Shown: positions 19,008 to 29,721 of the stretch, one piece after another
Layout: the number at the start of each line of letters is the position of its first letter
How positions within the stretch are numbered: position 1 is the first letter of the stretch
Assembly (NCBI GenBank): GCA_964035575.1
Contig: OZ037833.1
Location: 124,001-188,000, forward strand
DNA length: 64,000 bases
Origin: Rhynchopus sp. YZ270_cl-10
Taxonomy: Eukaryota
Direction of reading: 5' to 3'
Made by a program: the position numbers and the translations under genes
Notes under the pieces: generated by a model
Databases searched by the model: none
Seen by the model: only the letters and a program-made list of their open reading frames with translations
What the model was told of the DNA's origin: nothing

Positions 19008-20526
19008 CAAAAAGTAAAGTTGACAGTGCAAACACCTCTGGGACGCAGGCACTGAATACTGGGAAAAAAAAAATGGGTTATAATTCCGCTAGAGTCGCGT
19101 TAAAAACGCAAAACCCGAACGTCATACACAAAAAAAAAGCACAAAAAAAAACTCAGATAATGTTACATTCAACAGCAAAAGAACGCATTGGGGCGGGAGA
19201 GAGAGCTGTACCAAGTACCTCCCCACACCATTCATGCGAACTTGAGAAGAATGTCCCATCATCTGCACACAACAAAAGTGGATATTTTGGTCGACAGATA
19301 TTTTTGAAAAAGAAAAGCGAAGCTGAAGTGCCAAACCACGCACTCCGCACTCCGCATACTGAACGCACTGCACCAAACCCGACCTGCACCCTCTCGTGAG
19401 AAAGAAGGCAATCCAATATAGACTACAATGTGTGTGTAGGGGTTATTTTTTGTGCCCCTTAGTTTCCTATGTTGTGGCCATTTTACCCCCAAAAAAAATA
19501 CTTTCGCTTTGTACTCTAGTGAAAGATAAGCGTGGTGTTTTACTGCAAATATTCGACTGTATGGCATATTCCATGGGGGAGGGATGGGGGGGAAACATCT
19601 CTAGTCGTGACACCGGCACGCACGTTGTCAATCTTTGCTTTGACAAAACGGCAAACAAAATACAAAAAAAAAAGTTTCTTTTTCTGGTGAAGATGCTCTC
19701 TTCATTGCAACAAAAAAACAGCATACAAACAGAGGGGCCATGACATAGTGGGGACGTAGGCACTGACTCAAAAGAGAAACACCCAACAAAAAGCTGTTTG
19801 TTTGCTTGTTTTGTTTTTACTTTGTTTTCAAAAAAAAAAACTAGGGTCGACGTTTTTTTATTCAAGGACCATATTAGGTACACACATTTTGTGCCTCCAA
19901 AAAAATCAAATGAAAACCGGCATTTGTTGGGGGCACCAACCAAAAGAAATATATGAACGTGTTGGAAAGAAATATGAATCTGAGCGATTTTGATACGCGA
20001 AGTGGGGGAAAAAAGAAAAAAACGTGGACAGTCAATGTGCCTCTCGTACAACACATCGAGAAAGGGGTGGGGAGAAAACACTTGGTATGAATCACACCTT
20101 ACGTGTGTTTTTTCTTTTTTCTTTTTTTCTTCTTCTTTGACTGTGAAACACTATACCTAATGTTGGCAACAAGAAAAAAGAAAAGTTTATAAGATGACCC
20201 AAAAACTTCTTGCTGGCCCTAAAGAGGCTGAGAGTAACTATATAAGTGGCGAGGGAAACAACGGGGTGTGTGGAGGTGGGTACAGTACAAAAGTGGAGGT
20301 GGGGGGTGGTGTGGAAAAAATAATAAAAAGATTTATAAGATGAAACACTAAGCCTCCCAGTGTGAACTGACAAAGGAAGACTAACTTTTGGAAAAAAAAA
20401 ACTTGAAATATGTGTCTTTCGTCACACAACACACATCTAAAATTGACTGGAGGGTTCCTTACAAACCCCTAATACAATCAGTCAAAAAAAAAACTCAGAA
20501 TTGCGACAATTTTTTTTATGTGCAGT

Positions 20527-22295
20527 TTATGACGCCTTTGGTGAGTGAGGTGCGGGGATTCCAGCAGCTCTGATACGCGGCGGGGAGTTGGGGTTGACAG
20601 GTGAGTTGTGGATGGCTTCGTTGCGCAGCTGTTGGTTATGTTGTTTGTTTGTTTTTTTTCTTCGTTTTTCTTTAGTAGTTTGCTTTTGTTGCGTTTTTCG
20701 CCATACCTTTTCGTCAGTGTTAGCCTGATAGAGTCTTGCGTTGCTGAAGCGGAGAATCTCCTCACGTTCACGGTGGTCGGTGACCTGCAAAGGTAAATGT
20801 TAATGTAAAGGTGAGAGGGGAAGAAAAAAACAAACGCCCCCGCATACCGTGTGGCTCAGACGCTGAATCGTCTGCTGCAGCTGGTCGTTCACCATCTTCT
20901 GTTCCTTCAGCTTGCGCTCGAGCTCGTGGATAGCAGTCTGGAAGCGTTCCTCACGTACCTTCGTGTTGTTGATCTGTTTCGAAATATTGTGTTTTTTGGC
21001 AAAAAGACGAACAGGAAAAAGGAAGTAAAGCGAGCCGTTTCTCGAGCCTTTCAAAACATACATATTCCTCGAGACGAGTCTTCTCCTTCGTTAACGCCTC
21101 TTCACGTGCCTTTCCATCACGCACCATCTGCTGAAGGCCTTGCCCCCATTTGCGGAGTTCCTGCTCCCGCACCGCAGCCTCGCGGACCTGATTTTCGAGC
21201 ACAGCGACCTTTTCCTTGAGTGCCTTCTCGCGTGCAATAAGCTCGCGGACCTGCTTCTCGAGCTGTGCGTTGTGCTGCTTGAGTTTGTCCTCGCGGAGGA
21301 GCGCCTCTTTGAGCTTTGCTTCGAAGCGTGCCGCCTGCTGCAAGGCAGCCTGCTCACGCTCCACGGCTGCATCCGCCGCATCCTGCAGCTCCTTCTCACG
21401 CAGGGCAAACTCACGCTCCTTCGCCTTCAGCACCATTGCTGCCTTCTCCTTTTCGCTCTGCACCAACGCCACTCCACGTTCCCGCTCCTTGCTGCACTCA
21501 GACTCCAGCCCACGGATCTGCGCCTTAAGCGGATCCGCAATCCCTGCAACCCTAGCATGCACCCATGGTGTCAGGTATGCACGAGAGGTCTCCCACAGAC
21601 GAGGATCTTCTTCGGGTGCGGGGCTGCGCTCGGTAGTGTTGGAAGGGTCGAGACGGACGGTGAGGAGGATTTCGAAGGAGCGTTCCCCATGGGTGTCGCC
21701 GATGCCCTGGAAGAGCATCTTCTCGAAGTCTGCGGGCGATTTGTGCCACCAGAAGCGGCCGAATTTGTTCTTCTGAAAGACCTGCCCACATGGCACCAAG
21801 TTGTCAACTGCATCCCCTACCGTCACAACATCGCCGCAGTCAGCCTCATTAGAGGGTACGAGAAGGTCGAGCTTCGTGTACGCAGTGACAGGTGTCGCAA
21901 GGTTGTTGCAGATGCCGATCCAGAGGGAGGAGCGGCCTTCTGCCTCCATAGGCCTGTAGGGGGAGAAAGGGTTGTTGGTGTGTGGGTTAAAAGGGGGAAG
22001 GAAAGGCATACTCCACGCCAAAGAAGAGCATCCATTCTGTGTTCGCGACAGGGAACGGCTTCGACCAGAGGAACGGCTTCGTCTCCTTCCCAGGGTTCTT
22101 CATGAAGTACTCGAAGGGCGCCCAGGGCACCTGGAAGGACCAGAGTGCGCAGGAGTGGCCCTCGGGGAGGACACGGCGCTGGCGTTCGGCAAGCTTGTTG
22201 TTGCCTTGCTCCTGAAGGAGCTTGCGTGCCTGCACCTTCGGGTTTGAGGTGTCAAGTCCCTTCGGGGATCTGTGCTCTGCCAAAAATTCTTGCAT
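20527..22295 (-). CDS. 5-exon gene (~493 aa): N-terminal MATH/TRAF-like domain + long coiled coil
   Basis: Exons 22295-22012, 21953-21062, 20973-20848, 20784-20707 and 20628-20527 are joined by GTATG..CAG introns (58, 88, 63, 78 bp) into one frame. WSKPFPVANTEWMLFFGVEP..SSLWIGIC..FGRFWW..FEILLTV resembles a MATH fold, followed by an E/K/R/A heptad-rich region. The domain call is a pattern-level inference. Confidence 0.82.
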
Positions 22296-23153
22296 CTTTG
22301 AAAAAAACTGTGGGAAAAAAAGGGTGTCTTATTGCGCGTTTTCCCTGTGTGTGTTTTTGGATAATTTTTTTTTTGGTTTTGGAGGGGGGGAAATGGGGTG
22401 AGGGAGAGGGGGATGTACACAAATTTGAAAAAAGGCTTTCTTTTTATAAAATGAAATTCTGAGGGTTTGTGGAGTGGTAAATGGAGGGGCTCCGAAAGCA
22501 AAGTTTAGCAACGGAGATGAAAATAAAGCATAAAAAAAATGACTTTTTGAAGCACCTACACATCCTCGAACTTTTCTACTGACGTGATTTTCATTTTCAT
22601 TGGACGAATCCCGAAAATGTTTCGCTGCATGAAGTCAACTGAAAAAAACAACAACAAAAAACAACACACAAAAAGTCGCATTTTTTTTATCCAGCACAAC
22701 ACAGATGAAGTGTGCGCCGTGATCAGGGGGAGGAAATTTTTTTTTTTGTATTTTCTGAAAAGATTGCAACATGGAAGGTTTTTGTGCAATTATGGGAAGC
22801 TATGCCCAATTCTTTTTAGTCTGAAAAAAATGCTCCCAAATATAGGAGCAAAATGAAAAAATGACACAAATAAAACGAAAAAAATCAAAGACGAAGAAGA
22901 GAAAAATTGTGTTTTTTTTTTTTGAAAGAAGCTCACATGAAATAATCTATTGACTGTCAAATTTGGCGTAAAGAAAAGAGGTCCTATTTCCAGCTGAATA
23001 AGAAAAAAAACCAAAACTGTTTAAAACACCATTTTTTTCGAAGGTTTTTTTCTTATTCAACAAAAGGAAAACACTCAAATCGACAAAAAAAAAAGGGTGT
23101 ATTTTTTCTTCAAAAAATACACTTTTTTGGACAATAATTTTGGAAAAAAAAAA

Positions 23154-23987
23154 TCAAGGAGCCATCACCAGCACCTCATCATCAATGCAGACAGCACAGG
23201 GAGGGCTCGGCCCAATGTTGCTGCTCTTACAGAGGCTGTCCGAGCAGACTTCCGCATCGAAATCCCACTGGCAGTTGTCGGAACCCTCGGAGTCATCGAG
23301 GCAGGACGCTCTGACGGAGCGGTCCGCACAGGGCAGGCCAATCTCGGGGATGATCTGGAAGGAGACATACTTCGCATCCGCCGGGAGCGTCACTGTCAGA
23401 GGCGCCCCCGCAGCGACCTTCTTCTCAAACGCGCTCAGCTTGTACCCTGCACCCCCGGAGAACTGCTTGAAGCCTCCTCCGCACTTCGACGCCTTCCAAT
23501 CATTGTTCAACAGATGTCCTGGAAGACCTCCATTCTGCGAGACACATGGATAGCAGCTGTACACACTGACCAATGCATGGCAGTATCCGAACCCATTTCC
23601 TACCGGGCAATTGAAGGTGACTGCGGAACCGGCAGGGGAAGTGCTGGGAGGGACGTACACGGGGTAGCCCTCGGTAAAGGGTTTGACGCCGTCGAAGATG
23701 GAGGTGGGGATGTCAGGCCAGATGGAGGAGCCGTGGGTGAGCCATTTCTTGGTGAGGGGGAGGTTGGTGGAGGAGACGGTCCCTGGGTTCATCTCAGAGA
23801 AGCAAGGAATGGCGGCACCGCCCGATGCGCAGCCTGGCATGTAGCAGAAGGGAGCACCTCCGACGACGCAGACACCATTCGCGTCAATGTCGCCAATCGC
23901 ACAGCACACACCACACGAGGCAGAGCAAGGGTTCGCTGTACTTCCTGCAAGCAGTGTTGCCACAGCTGCGACGCGAAGGGCGGTCAT
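23154..23987 (-). CDS. Secreted cysteine-rich protein, 277 aa, function unknown
   Basis: True ATG, hydrophobic N-terminus MTALRVAAVATLLAGSTA, many Cys at both ends, GC-rich coding island in AT-rich flanks. Confidence 0.85.
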   Translation of the reverse strand: MTALRVAAVATLLAGSTANPCSASCGVCCAIGDIDANGVCVVGGAPFCYMPGCASGGAAIPCFSEMNPGTVSSTNLPLTKKWLTHGSSIWPDIPTSIFDGVKPFTEGYPVYVPPSTSPAGSAVTFNCPVGNGFGYCHALVSVYSCYPCVSQNGGLPGHLLNNDWKASKCGGGFKQFSGGAGYKLSAFEKKVAAGAPLTVTLPADAKYVSFQIIPEIGLPCADRSVRASCLDDSEGSDNCQWDFDAEVCSDSLCKSSNIGPSPPCAVCIDDEVLVMAP

Positions 23988-24200
23988 TTTTGTGTTTTGT
24001 GAAAGACTTATAGCTGATGGGAGAGGTTGTTTGAGTCAAAGAGAAAACAGAAGTGGGAACAAAAAAGCCCTAAAAAAGCGCCTGCACCCTCTGACTCGCC
24101 CACCCGACGGTGGATGGAAGTGCCCACCCGACCGTGGACGGCTGCGCACCGCAAAAAGACCATCGCCTGGAGCAATTCGAGCATTACCTAGAAGCGTGTA

Positions 24201-24256
24201 GTATAGCGGAGTTCATCTTCGGGTGTCTACACTAAAACAACCAAGTTTTCAAAAAA
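24201..24256 (+). mobile_element. ~50-bp A-tailed dispersed element, copy 1
   Basis: gtatagcggagttcatcttcgggtgtctacactaaaacaaccaagttttc followed by an A-run. Reverse-complement matches at 37965-38020 and 47023-47070. Confidence 0.7.
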
Positions 24257-24710
24257 GCACTAAAAAAAAAGGGGGTTTGTAAAGATAAGTTAGCGCTTAG
24301 TGCGGTCAAACCTTGAATGCTTTATAAGATGACCCCAAGGCTCTCGTGCTTCCGTAGGTCGTGACGGGAAGGGGAAAAAAATGAATTTTATGTGCTGGGA
24401 TCGAAGGGAAAGGGGGAGAAAGCTTTTTTTTATCTACAAAAAAGACAGACTGTTTTATTGTCTGTAGGTGAGGGGGTGGAAAAGGAGGAGGGGGGTTTGC
24501 TTGGTCTTCGCGCTTTGCTTTTTAATAAAGAGTGAAATGCAAAGAAAAATTTGAGAGTCCAGGAAAAATCAAAAGTACAAAAAAAAACGCAAAAAAAAAC
24601 ATCATTAAACAAAAGGGAAGAATTACACGATACAACAAAAAATGACTCTCCATGCTTCAGTCCATATTTTCTCTTTTTTTCCGATACCAAAAAAAAAAAA
24701 TACAAAATCT

Positions 24711-26255
24711 TCATCTCCTTGGGGGGGAAATGCTTCGGTACGCTGCAGACGCACTGTAAACCCTCCCTAAGGGCGACGCGGGCAAGGCAAAACGAGTTGC
24801 CGCTGTCTGCGGTGGACCGTACGACGAGAGAGGAGACACACCGACGTGCGACTGCATGCCTGGGGACATGCCGTTGCTGCTGTACACATCCCCTCCCCCG
24901 TGCGACTCCGTGACCATATACGCAAGCGGCCTGCTCCTCAGTGTCAACATGGTACCATGCCGCAGACCTACCTGCAGGCCTGTATCTTGATCTCCCAGCT
25001 CCACTCCATCCCTCTCAAGTACCTGCTGTGCAGCAGGCACCGCCGTGTACGCCTCAAGACTCTTTTTGATCGCCACCATCGGCATCGACGAGACATCGCC
25101 TTTAAGCGTCAATTTGAGCAGTCTTGGCTGTGCCGGGTCCAGCTTCGAGAGCACCTCCACTCTGGTCGACGTCGACGGCGATGATGACACCACCCTCGGG
25201 GACCGAGGCGGCGAGGTCGTCACAATCGTTGTCGTTGTTGTTGTTGTCACCCCCTCCGGATTGTACAGCGGCTCCTGACTCAGGAAGACCGGGGCAGCGG
25301 TGTGCACTGTTTCTGGGAGAGGTGGGGTCTGCATCGTCGGCTGCACTACCTGGGAAGGAGCCTGGGGGGTCTGCGACGGCACCACAACCTTCTCCTGCCG
25401 TTTCTCCTCCACCTCCTCTGATTCTTTCGCCCTCACCTCCGGAGCCGGAAGCTCTCTCTGAGACTGTGGTGGTGGTGGTGGTGGTGGGCTGCTCGCCCCT
25501 CCTTCCTCCATAGCCCCTCTGACCAAAGCTTCTAAAGCATCGAGACGAAGGCCGTGTTCGAGAACAGGGCGGACGGCGTCATCGCTGACACCATGGATGC
25601 GATATTCAAAGCCTTCCGATGCGCGCTCCGGGGGCAGCAAGCGGGTCAGCTTACAGAGATGCAGTGGGTGGCGGAATGCAGCAGCAAGGTCGTCCTGGAC
25701 GGCAGATCGTACCGCATCCTGGCCAAGCTCATCAACCAAACGGTCCAAACCTTTGACAGTCTCGAACGCCGCGTACGACGTCGACGGCACCACATCCTCA
25801 ACACCCCCATGCCCAAAACGGTACCGATTGGTGTTCCCCACCTGATACCATCGTACCATCACCACCCCAGCTGCGACATCCTGAGACAGTACCACTCCGG
25901 TCAGCCCTGCACCACCGTCTTGGTCACCATAACGCCAATGGCGTGGGTTCCGCTGTACGACAGTCCCCGCAGGGAGTACACTCTGTGCAGCACGTCTGAG
26001 GGTGGACGCGGTGGTGGTGTTGTGCTGTGGCGGGGCCTTCATGGGGCCTGAGGAGCGGGGTTGCTTTGGGTCAGTTGTGCTGGTATTGTTCGCGGCAGAT
26101 GCGGCAACGTTTTGTGTCGGGGAACGCTGTCCACGGCCACGTGGCGACCGTGGAGGGCTCTTCGCAGTTGTGTTCGGGTTGACCACAAGAGGGCTAGAGG
26201 ACGCCCCTTCTGGACGCTTGGGTGGGCGCTTTGCCCGCATTGCTGTGGTGTCCAT
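24711..26255 (-). CDS. Mib-HERC2-domain protein with Pro/Thr/Ser linker and C-terminal ubiquitin-like domain, 514 aa
   Basis: GTVVQRNPRHWRYGDQDGGAGLTGVV..VMVRW..GNTNRYRFG matches the Mib-HERC2 (MZM) signature. IKKSLEAYTAVPAAQQVL..DGVELGD....VGLRHGTMLTL is ubiquitin-like. Confidence 0.88.
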   Translation of the reverse strand: MDTTAMRAKRPPKRPEGASSSPLVVNPNTTAKSPPRSPRGRGQRSPTQNVAASAANNTSTTDPKQPRSSGPMKAPPQHNTTTASTLRRAAQSVLPAGTVVQRNPRHWRYGDQDGGAGLTGVVLSQDVAAGVVMVRWYQVGNTNRYRFGHGGVEDVVPSTSYAAFETVKGLDRLVDELGQDAVRSAVQDDLAAAFRHPLHLCKLTRLLPPERASEGFEYRIHGVSDDAVRPVLEHGLRLDALEALVRGAMEEGGASSPPPPPPPQSQRELPAPEVRAKESEEVEEKRQEKVVVPSQTPQAPSQVVQPTMQTPPLPETVHTAAPVFLSQEPLYNPEGVTTTTTTTIVTTSPPRSPRVVSSSPSTSTRVEVLSKLDPAQPRLLKLTLKGDVSSMPMVAIKKSLEAYTAVPAAQQVLERDGVELGDQDTGLQVGLRHGTMLTLRSRPLAYMVTESHGGGDVYSSNGMSPGMQSHVGVSPLSSYGPPQTAATRFALPASPLGRVYSASAAYRSISPPRR

Positions 26256-26280
26256 TGGCTTTGTCCACCTCCCTTCCTGG

Positions 26281-26350
26281 TAGGGGGGGTGTAGAGGGGT
26301 AGGGGTAGGGGTAGGGGTAGGGGTTGAGGGGAGGGAAGGGAAGGGAAAGG
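26281..26350 (+). repeat. (GGGGTA)n / (GGGAA)n G-rich tract upstream of the Mib-HERC2 gene
   Basis: Four to five GGGGTA units, then GGGAA units. On the sense strand it is a C-rich pyrimidine tract ending in CAG about 22 nt before the ATG. Confidence 0.75.
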
Positions 26351-26947
26351 TGTGGTAGGTAATGTTTGAGAGACGTCGTTTCCCTTTGCTTGTTGCTCAA
26401 GACTATAAACGGGGAGGGGGAAAAAAGTAAAGGTTGTTTGGTGGCTGAAGGGAGGGGGTGATTCGCACTGCGCTTTTTTCACCCCACATCAAGAAATTTA
26501 GAGGGCGGATTCGCACTTCTTGCGCCCACACCATTGTTTGTGGAGAAAAGGATAGGGGGGGAAACAAGCGGGGAGGGGGATACGCGTCGCGAGATGCGCG
26601 ACTCGTTCTTGAGCATTTTTGTCAAATACTATGTGTGCTAACTAAAAACGATAGTACCTGAGACGTATTGCATACTCCTACAAAATAGAAAGAGTGCTCT
26701 AAGCCTTCGGGTACAGAGTCTTTGAGAAGGAAAAATGGAAACACAACAACGGAAGACGACTGCCAACCGTGTAGATCAACGTTAAGGGCGCTGGAAACAA
26801 CCTGTAGGTTCGACAGCACACCCCCTCCCGCTACGACACAGCATAGGAGAGCTGGTCAGCATGGGAGTTGGTGGGAAAGGTTAGGGGTCACAAAACGGCA
26901 CAACGCCACAGAAAAGAACGGCGGGTTTGTTTTACCGAAAAAACAAA

Positions 26948-29122
26948 CTAGTAGACACGACACACCACTGCAGCGACAGGAAGAAACTGGGCCTCCGTAG
27001 CGACATAGTACATGCCGGTGCCGAACTCCACAATTTCCCTGTCTGCTACGTCCACTGAGCGTTCGTACTGCACAGCGTCCTGCCACACGACACGGTAGCG
27101 CACTAGCACGTGCACAGTTGCTTCCTTGTCAGGTATCTTCCCGAAGGGACGACACAATGCAGCCCAACGGCACGCTGTGAAGGCATACTTTCCGTCACGC
27201 CTCGGCGGTACCAGCCACGCCCGACACGGCACGCCCCGCCCAGGGAAGCCCGACGCAGACCGGCCACGAGGGTACACGTAGGGGAAGCTGCCCCAGAGCT
27301 CCTTCTCGACATAGCCTGGTGCAGAGAGGCGGTATGCGTGGTACACATCACGCCACTCGTGTGTCACCGTCAGCTGTGCACAGAGCGTTGCGACAACAAA
27401 GCCTGGTATACACAGGTCCTGTGTGAGCACGCTACGCAGCGGTATGTGTGTGACGGGGTCCGCACTCAGGAGAATGTTGTTTCGCGGGACGAATGTGAGC
27501 ACGTCAGCAAGGCTCTGCGCCGTCCCACGCAGGTCCGCAACCTGGTTGGGGGGAGCACACACAGTGGGAAGTGGTGTGCCTTCGAATGGGTGGTCCCGGA
27601 TAAGAGACTCGAGCTGGTTGAACTCACACACCTGCATGAAGTACCGTGGCAGGCAGCGTGCACGACGAGCAACAAACCACGACTCCTCTGGGAAGTGTTT
27701 GCTGCGTGTGACCCACGCACCTGCCACGCTGTCCCACACTGCTGCGCTCTCACCTGCAACAAGAAGCACGTCGTACACAATGAGGAAAGCTTTTCGCCCC
27801 ACATCAATATCGTGACACCTTCCTGCTGTGAGCACGAGGCTGTCTTTCAGTTCCAGGTGCGAGAAGTCTGCCCTATGGCGGATAGCACAGATGCGGTCTA
27901 CACGCCCACCTGCGGCGAGCTCCAGCTCCGTGCGGTCGAACGCCAGCCGCGCAGAAGGGTCGTCCACTTCCCACGCATGGCACACTCTGGACTGGGTGCT
28001 CTCAGGGCAGTACACATCACACAGGTACCCCACTTCTGTTTCCGAGCACCTCCGCACACCCTGCCTCGCGTGCGTGGGGAAACATCTTAGATCGACTCTG
28101 AAAGGAATGACCAGCACGCCGGCATCTTCGCACAGTGCCACCAACTCCGCACACATCTGCTGTCTGTCCTCATGCTCAACACACACAGAGACGTTTCTAC
28201 CACTGAACCGTGTATACCCACGGTGCAGCGAGATCCGTGCAAAGGGGACTGCGTGCCCACTGTTCTGCATGAGGCTCAGTGGGAAGCGGATAGCCTGCTG
28301 CGAGCGGTCGTACGCAACGGCTGCGGCCAAGGAGTTCGCACAGAGCTCTCTGGAGGTAGTGCAGTGGCGGAAGGCGTCGCCTGTGGGCGTGGTGTCATCG
28401 TGCTGGGTTGCGTAGATCGTGTTGTGCACCACACCGCCGGTGCTGCGGGAGGTGAAGGACAGCAGCGGTTTGCCGGGATCTGTGCAGCACACAACCTCCA
28501 CAGCACCAACCAGAACCGTGCTGTCGCCGTCCCAGGTCAACGCAAGAGACAACGTCGCATGCATAGGAAGGCGCTTGTTGACGTAAACCATGTCCGGGTG
28601 CAGCATCGGTCGCGCGCCTGCTGCCTCAAGAACGAGTGGGAGGTACGTTGCGACAACAACACCGCCAGCTACACGCGCCACGACAACACCCATGACACAG
28701 GTCTCCTGGAGGGCAGGTATCTTGCAGTAGTGTGAGGTGCAATGCAGGTGCAGCAGGTCTGTGGGGCTGCTGTGCTGCACTGCATGCACGACTGCACGGT
28801 ACAGTGCTACCCTATGCGTTGTGCGGCGTGCGGATGCTGGTGCCGGTGCGCCGAACACAGGCCCCACCTCGCGTGCAATGCCCACGTACTCAATGTCCAT
28901 GGCGTGATGTAGGCCGGTCCCAAAGAGCATGCGTCCCGTGTGGATGCAGTCCACGTGCATGCCGTCCGATGTACCAGCACCGCAGGTCTTGGCAGCTGCA
29001 GCCGCGGAAAACTCTGTCTCAGCACGCCCTTGATGCACAGCACCCTTCAGGGACGACATTGGAACGAACACATCGAGGTTGCCTGGGAGTGGCGAACTCA
29101 GTGCATTCGGAAGCGTCTCCAT
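26948..29122 (-). CDS. Hypothetical protein, 724 aa, no recognised domain
   Basis: Long ATG-initiated ORF on the same strand as all neighbours, forming a GC-rich island. Confidence 0.8.
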   Translation of the reverse strand: METLPNALSSPLPGNLDVFVPMSSLKGAVHQGRAETEFSAAAAAKTCGAGTSDGMHVDCIHTGRMLFGTGLHHAMDIEYVGIAREVGPVFGAPAPASARRTTHRVALYRAVVHAVQHSSPTDLLHLHCTSHYCKIPALQETCVMGVVVARVAGGVVVATYLPLVLEAAGARPMLHPDMVYVNKRLPMHATLSLALTWDGDSTVLVGAVEVVCCTDPGKPLLSFTSRSTGGVVHNTIYATQHDDTTPTGDAFRHCTTSRELCANSLAAAVAYDRSQQAIRFPLSLMQNSGHAVPFARISLHRGYTRFSGRNVSVCVEHEDRQQMCAELVALCEDAGVLVIPFRVDLRCFPTHARQGVRRCSETEVGYLCDVYCPESTQSRVCHAWEVDDPSARLAFDRTELELAAGGRVDRICAIRHRADFSHLELKDSLVLTAGRCHDIDVGRKAFLIVYDVLLVAGESAAVWDSVAGAWVTRSKHFPEESWFVARRARCLPRYFMQVCEFNQLESLIRDHPFEGTPLPTVCAPPNQVADLRGTAQSLADVLTFVPRNNILLSADPVTHIPLRSVLTQDLCIPGFVVATLCAQLTVTHEWRDVYHAYRLSAPGYVEKELWGSFPYVYPRGRSASGFPGRGVPCRAWLVPPRRDGKYAFTACRWAALCRPFGKIPDKEATVHVLVRYRVVWQDAVQYERSVDVADREIVEFGTGMYYVATEAQFLPVAAVVCRVY

Positions 29123-29658
29123 GTTTCTGTTTAAAAACCTGATAAATAAAAAATATGAAAATATTAGTCGAGAGCGGGAGCGTCAAAAAACAGAAAAAGC
29201 TTGGGTGTCAACGGGGGGTTTCCAGCAAGATGCGGTCCTATTTCTTCAGTGGGGTGTGGGATTGAGGGAAGGTTTTGTTTGCAAAAAAAAGGGGCATCTC
29301 TTTGTCTGGTCGTAGCAACCAGATTGGCACATGCCTTCCGCAACATTCTATATATTAACCTAATCTGCAAAATGATCAGCTTCAGCCAATAGATAGCTGG
29401 CGCGATATTTTGACAGAACAGTTGGAAGATTGAACCTAATATTACATCTCTAGTGCATTCACATCTGGACCTTACTCGCAGAGAAATGAAGAAGAACATC
29501 TTTCCATCGAGAGAACATACTAGGTGTCTGTGAAAGAATAATTTGACAATTATAAAGAAACTGTACTGCCTTCGCAACTCCTTCTTCTCCGCAAGTGTGG
29601 ACCTTTTGTGATCTTTTGCAGAACTGAGAATAACATGTTTTAGAAGCAATATCTCTCT

Positions 29659-29721
29659 CGTTACTAATACCCATATACGATAATACCCAGTGGGTATTAT
29701 CGTAAATGGGTATTAGTAACG
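29659..29721. repeat. 63-bp near-perfect palindrome
   Basis: cgttactaatacccatatacgataataccca-g-tgggtattatcgtaaatgggtattagtaacg: 31-bp arms, 1 mismatch, 1-nt centre. Confidence 0.92.
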
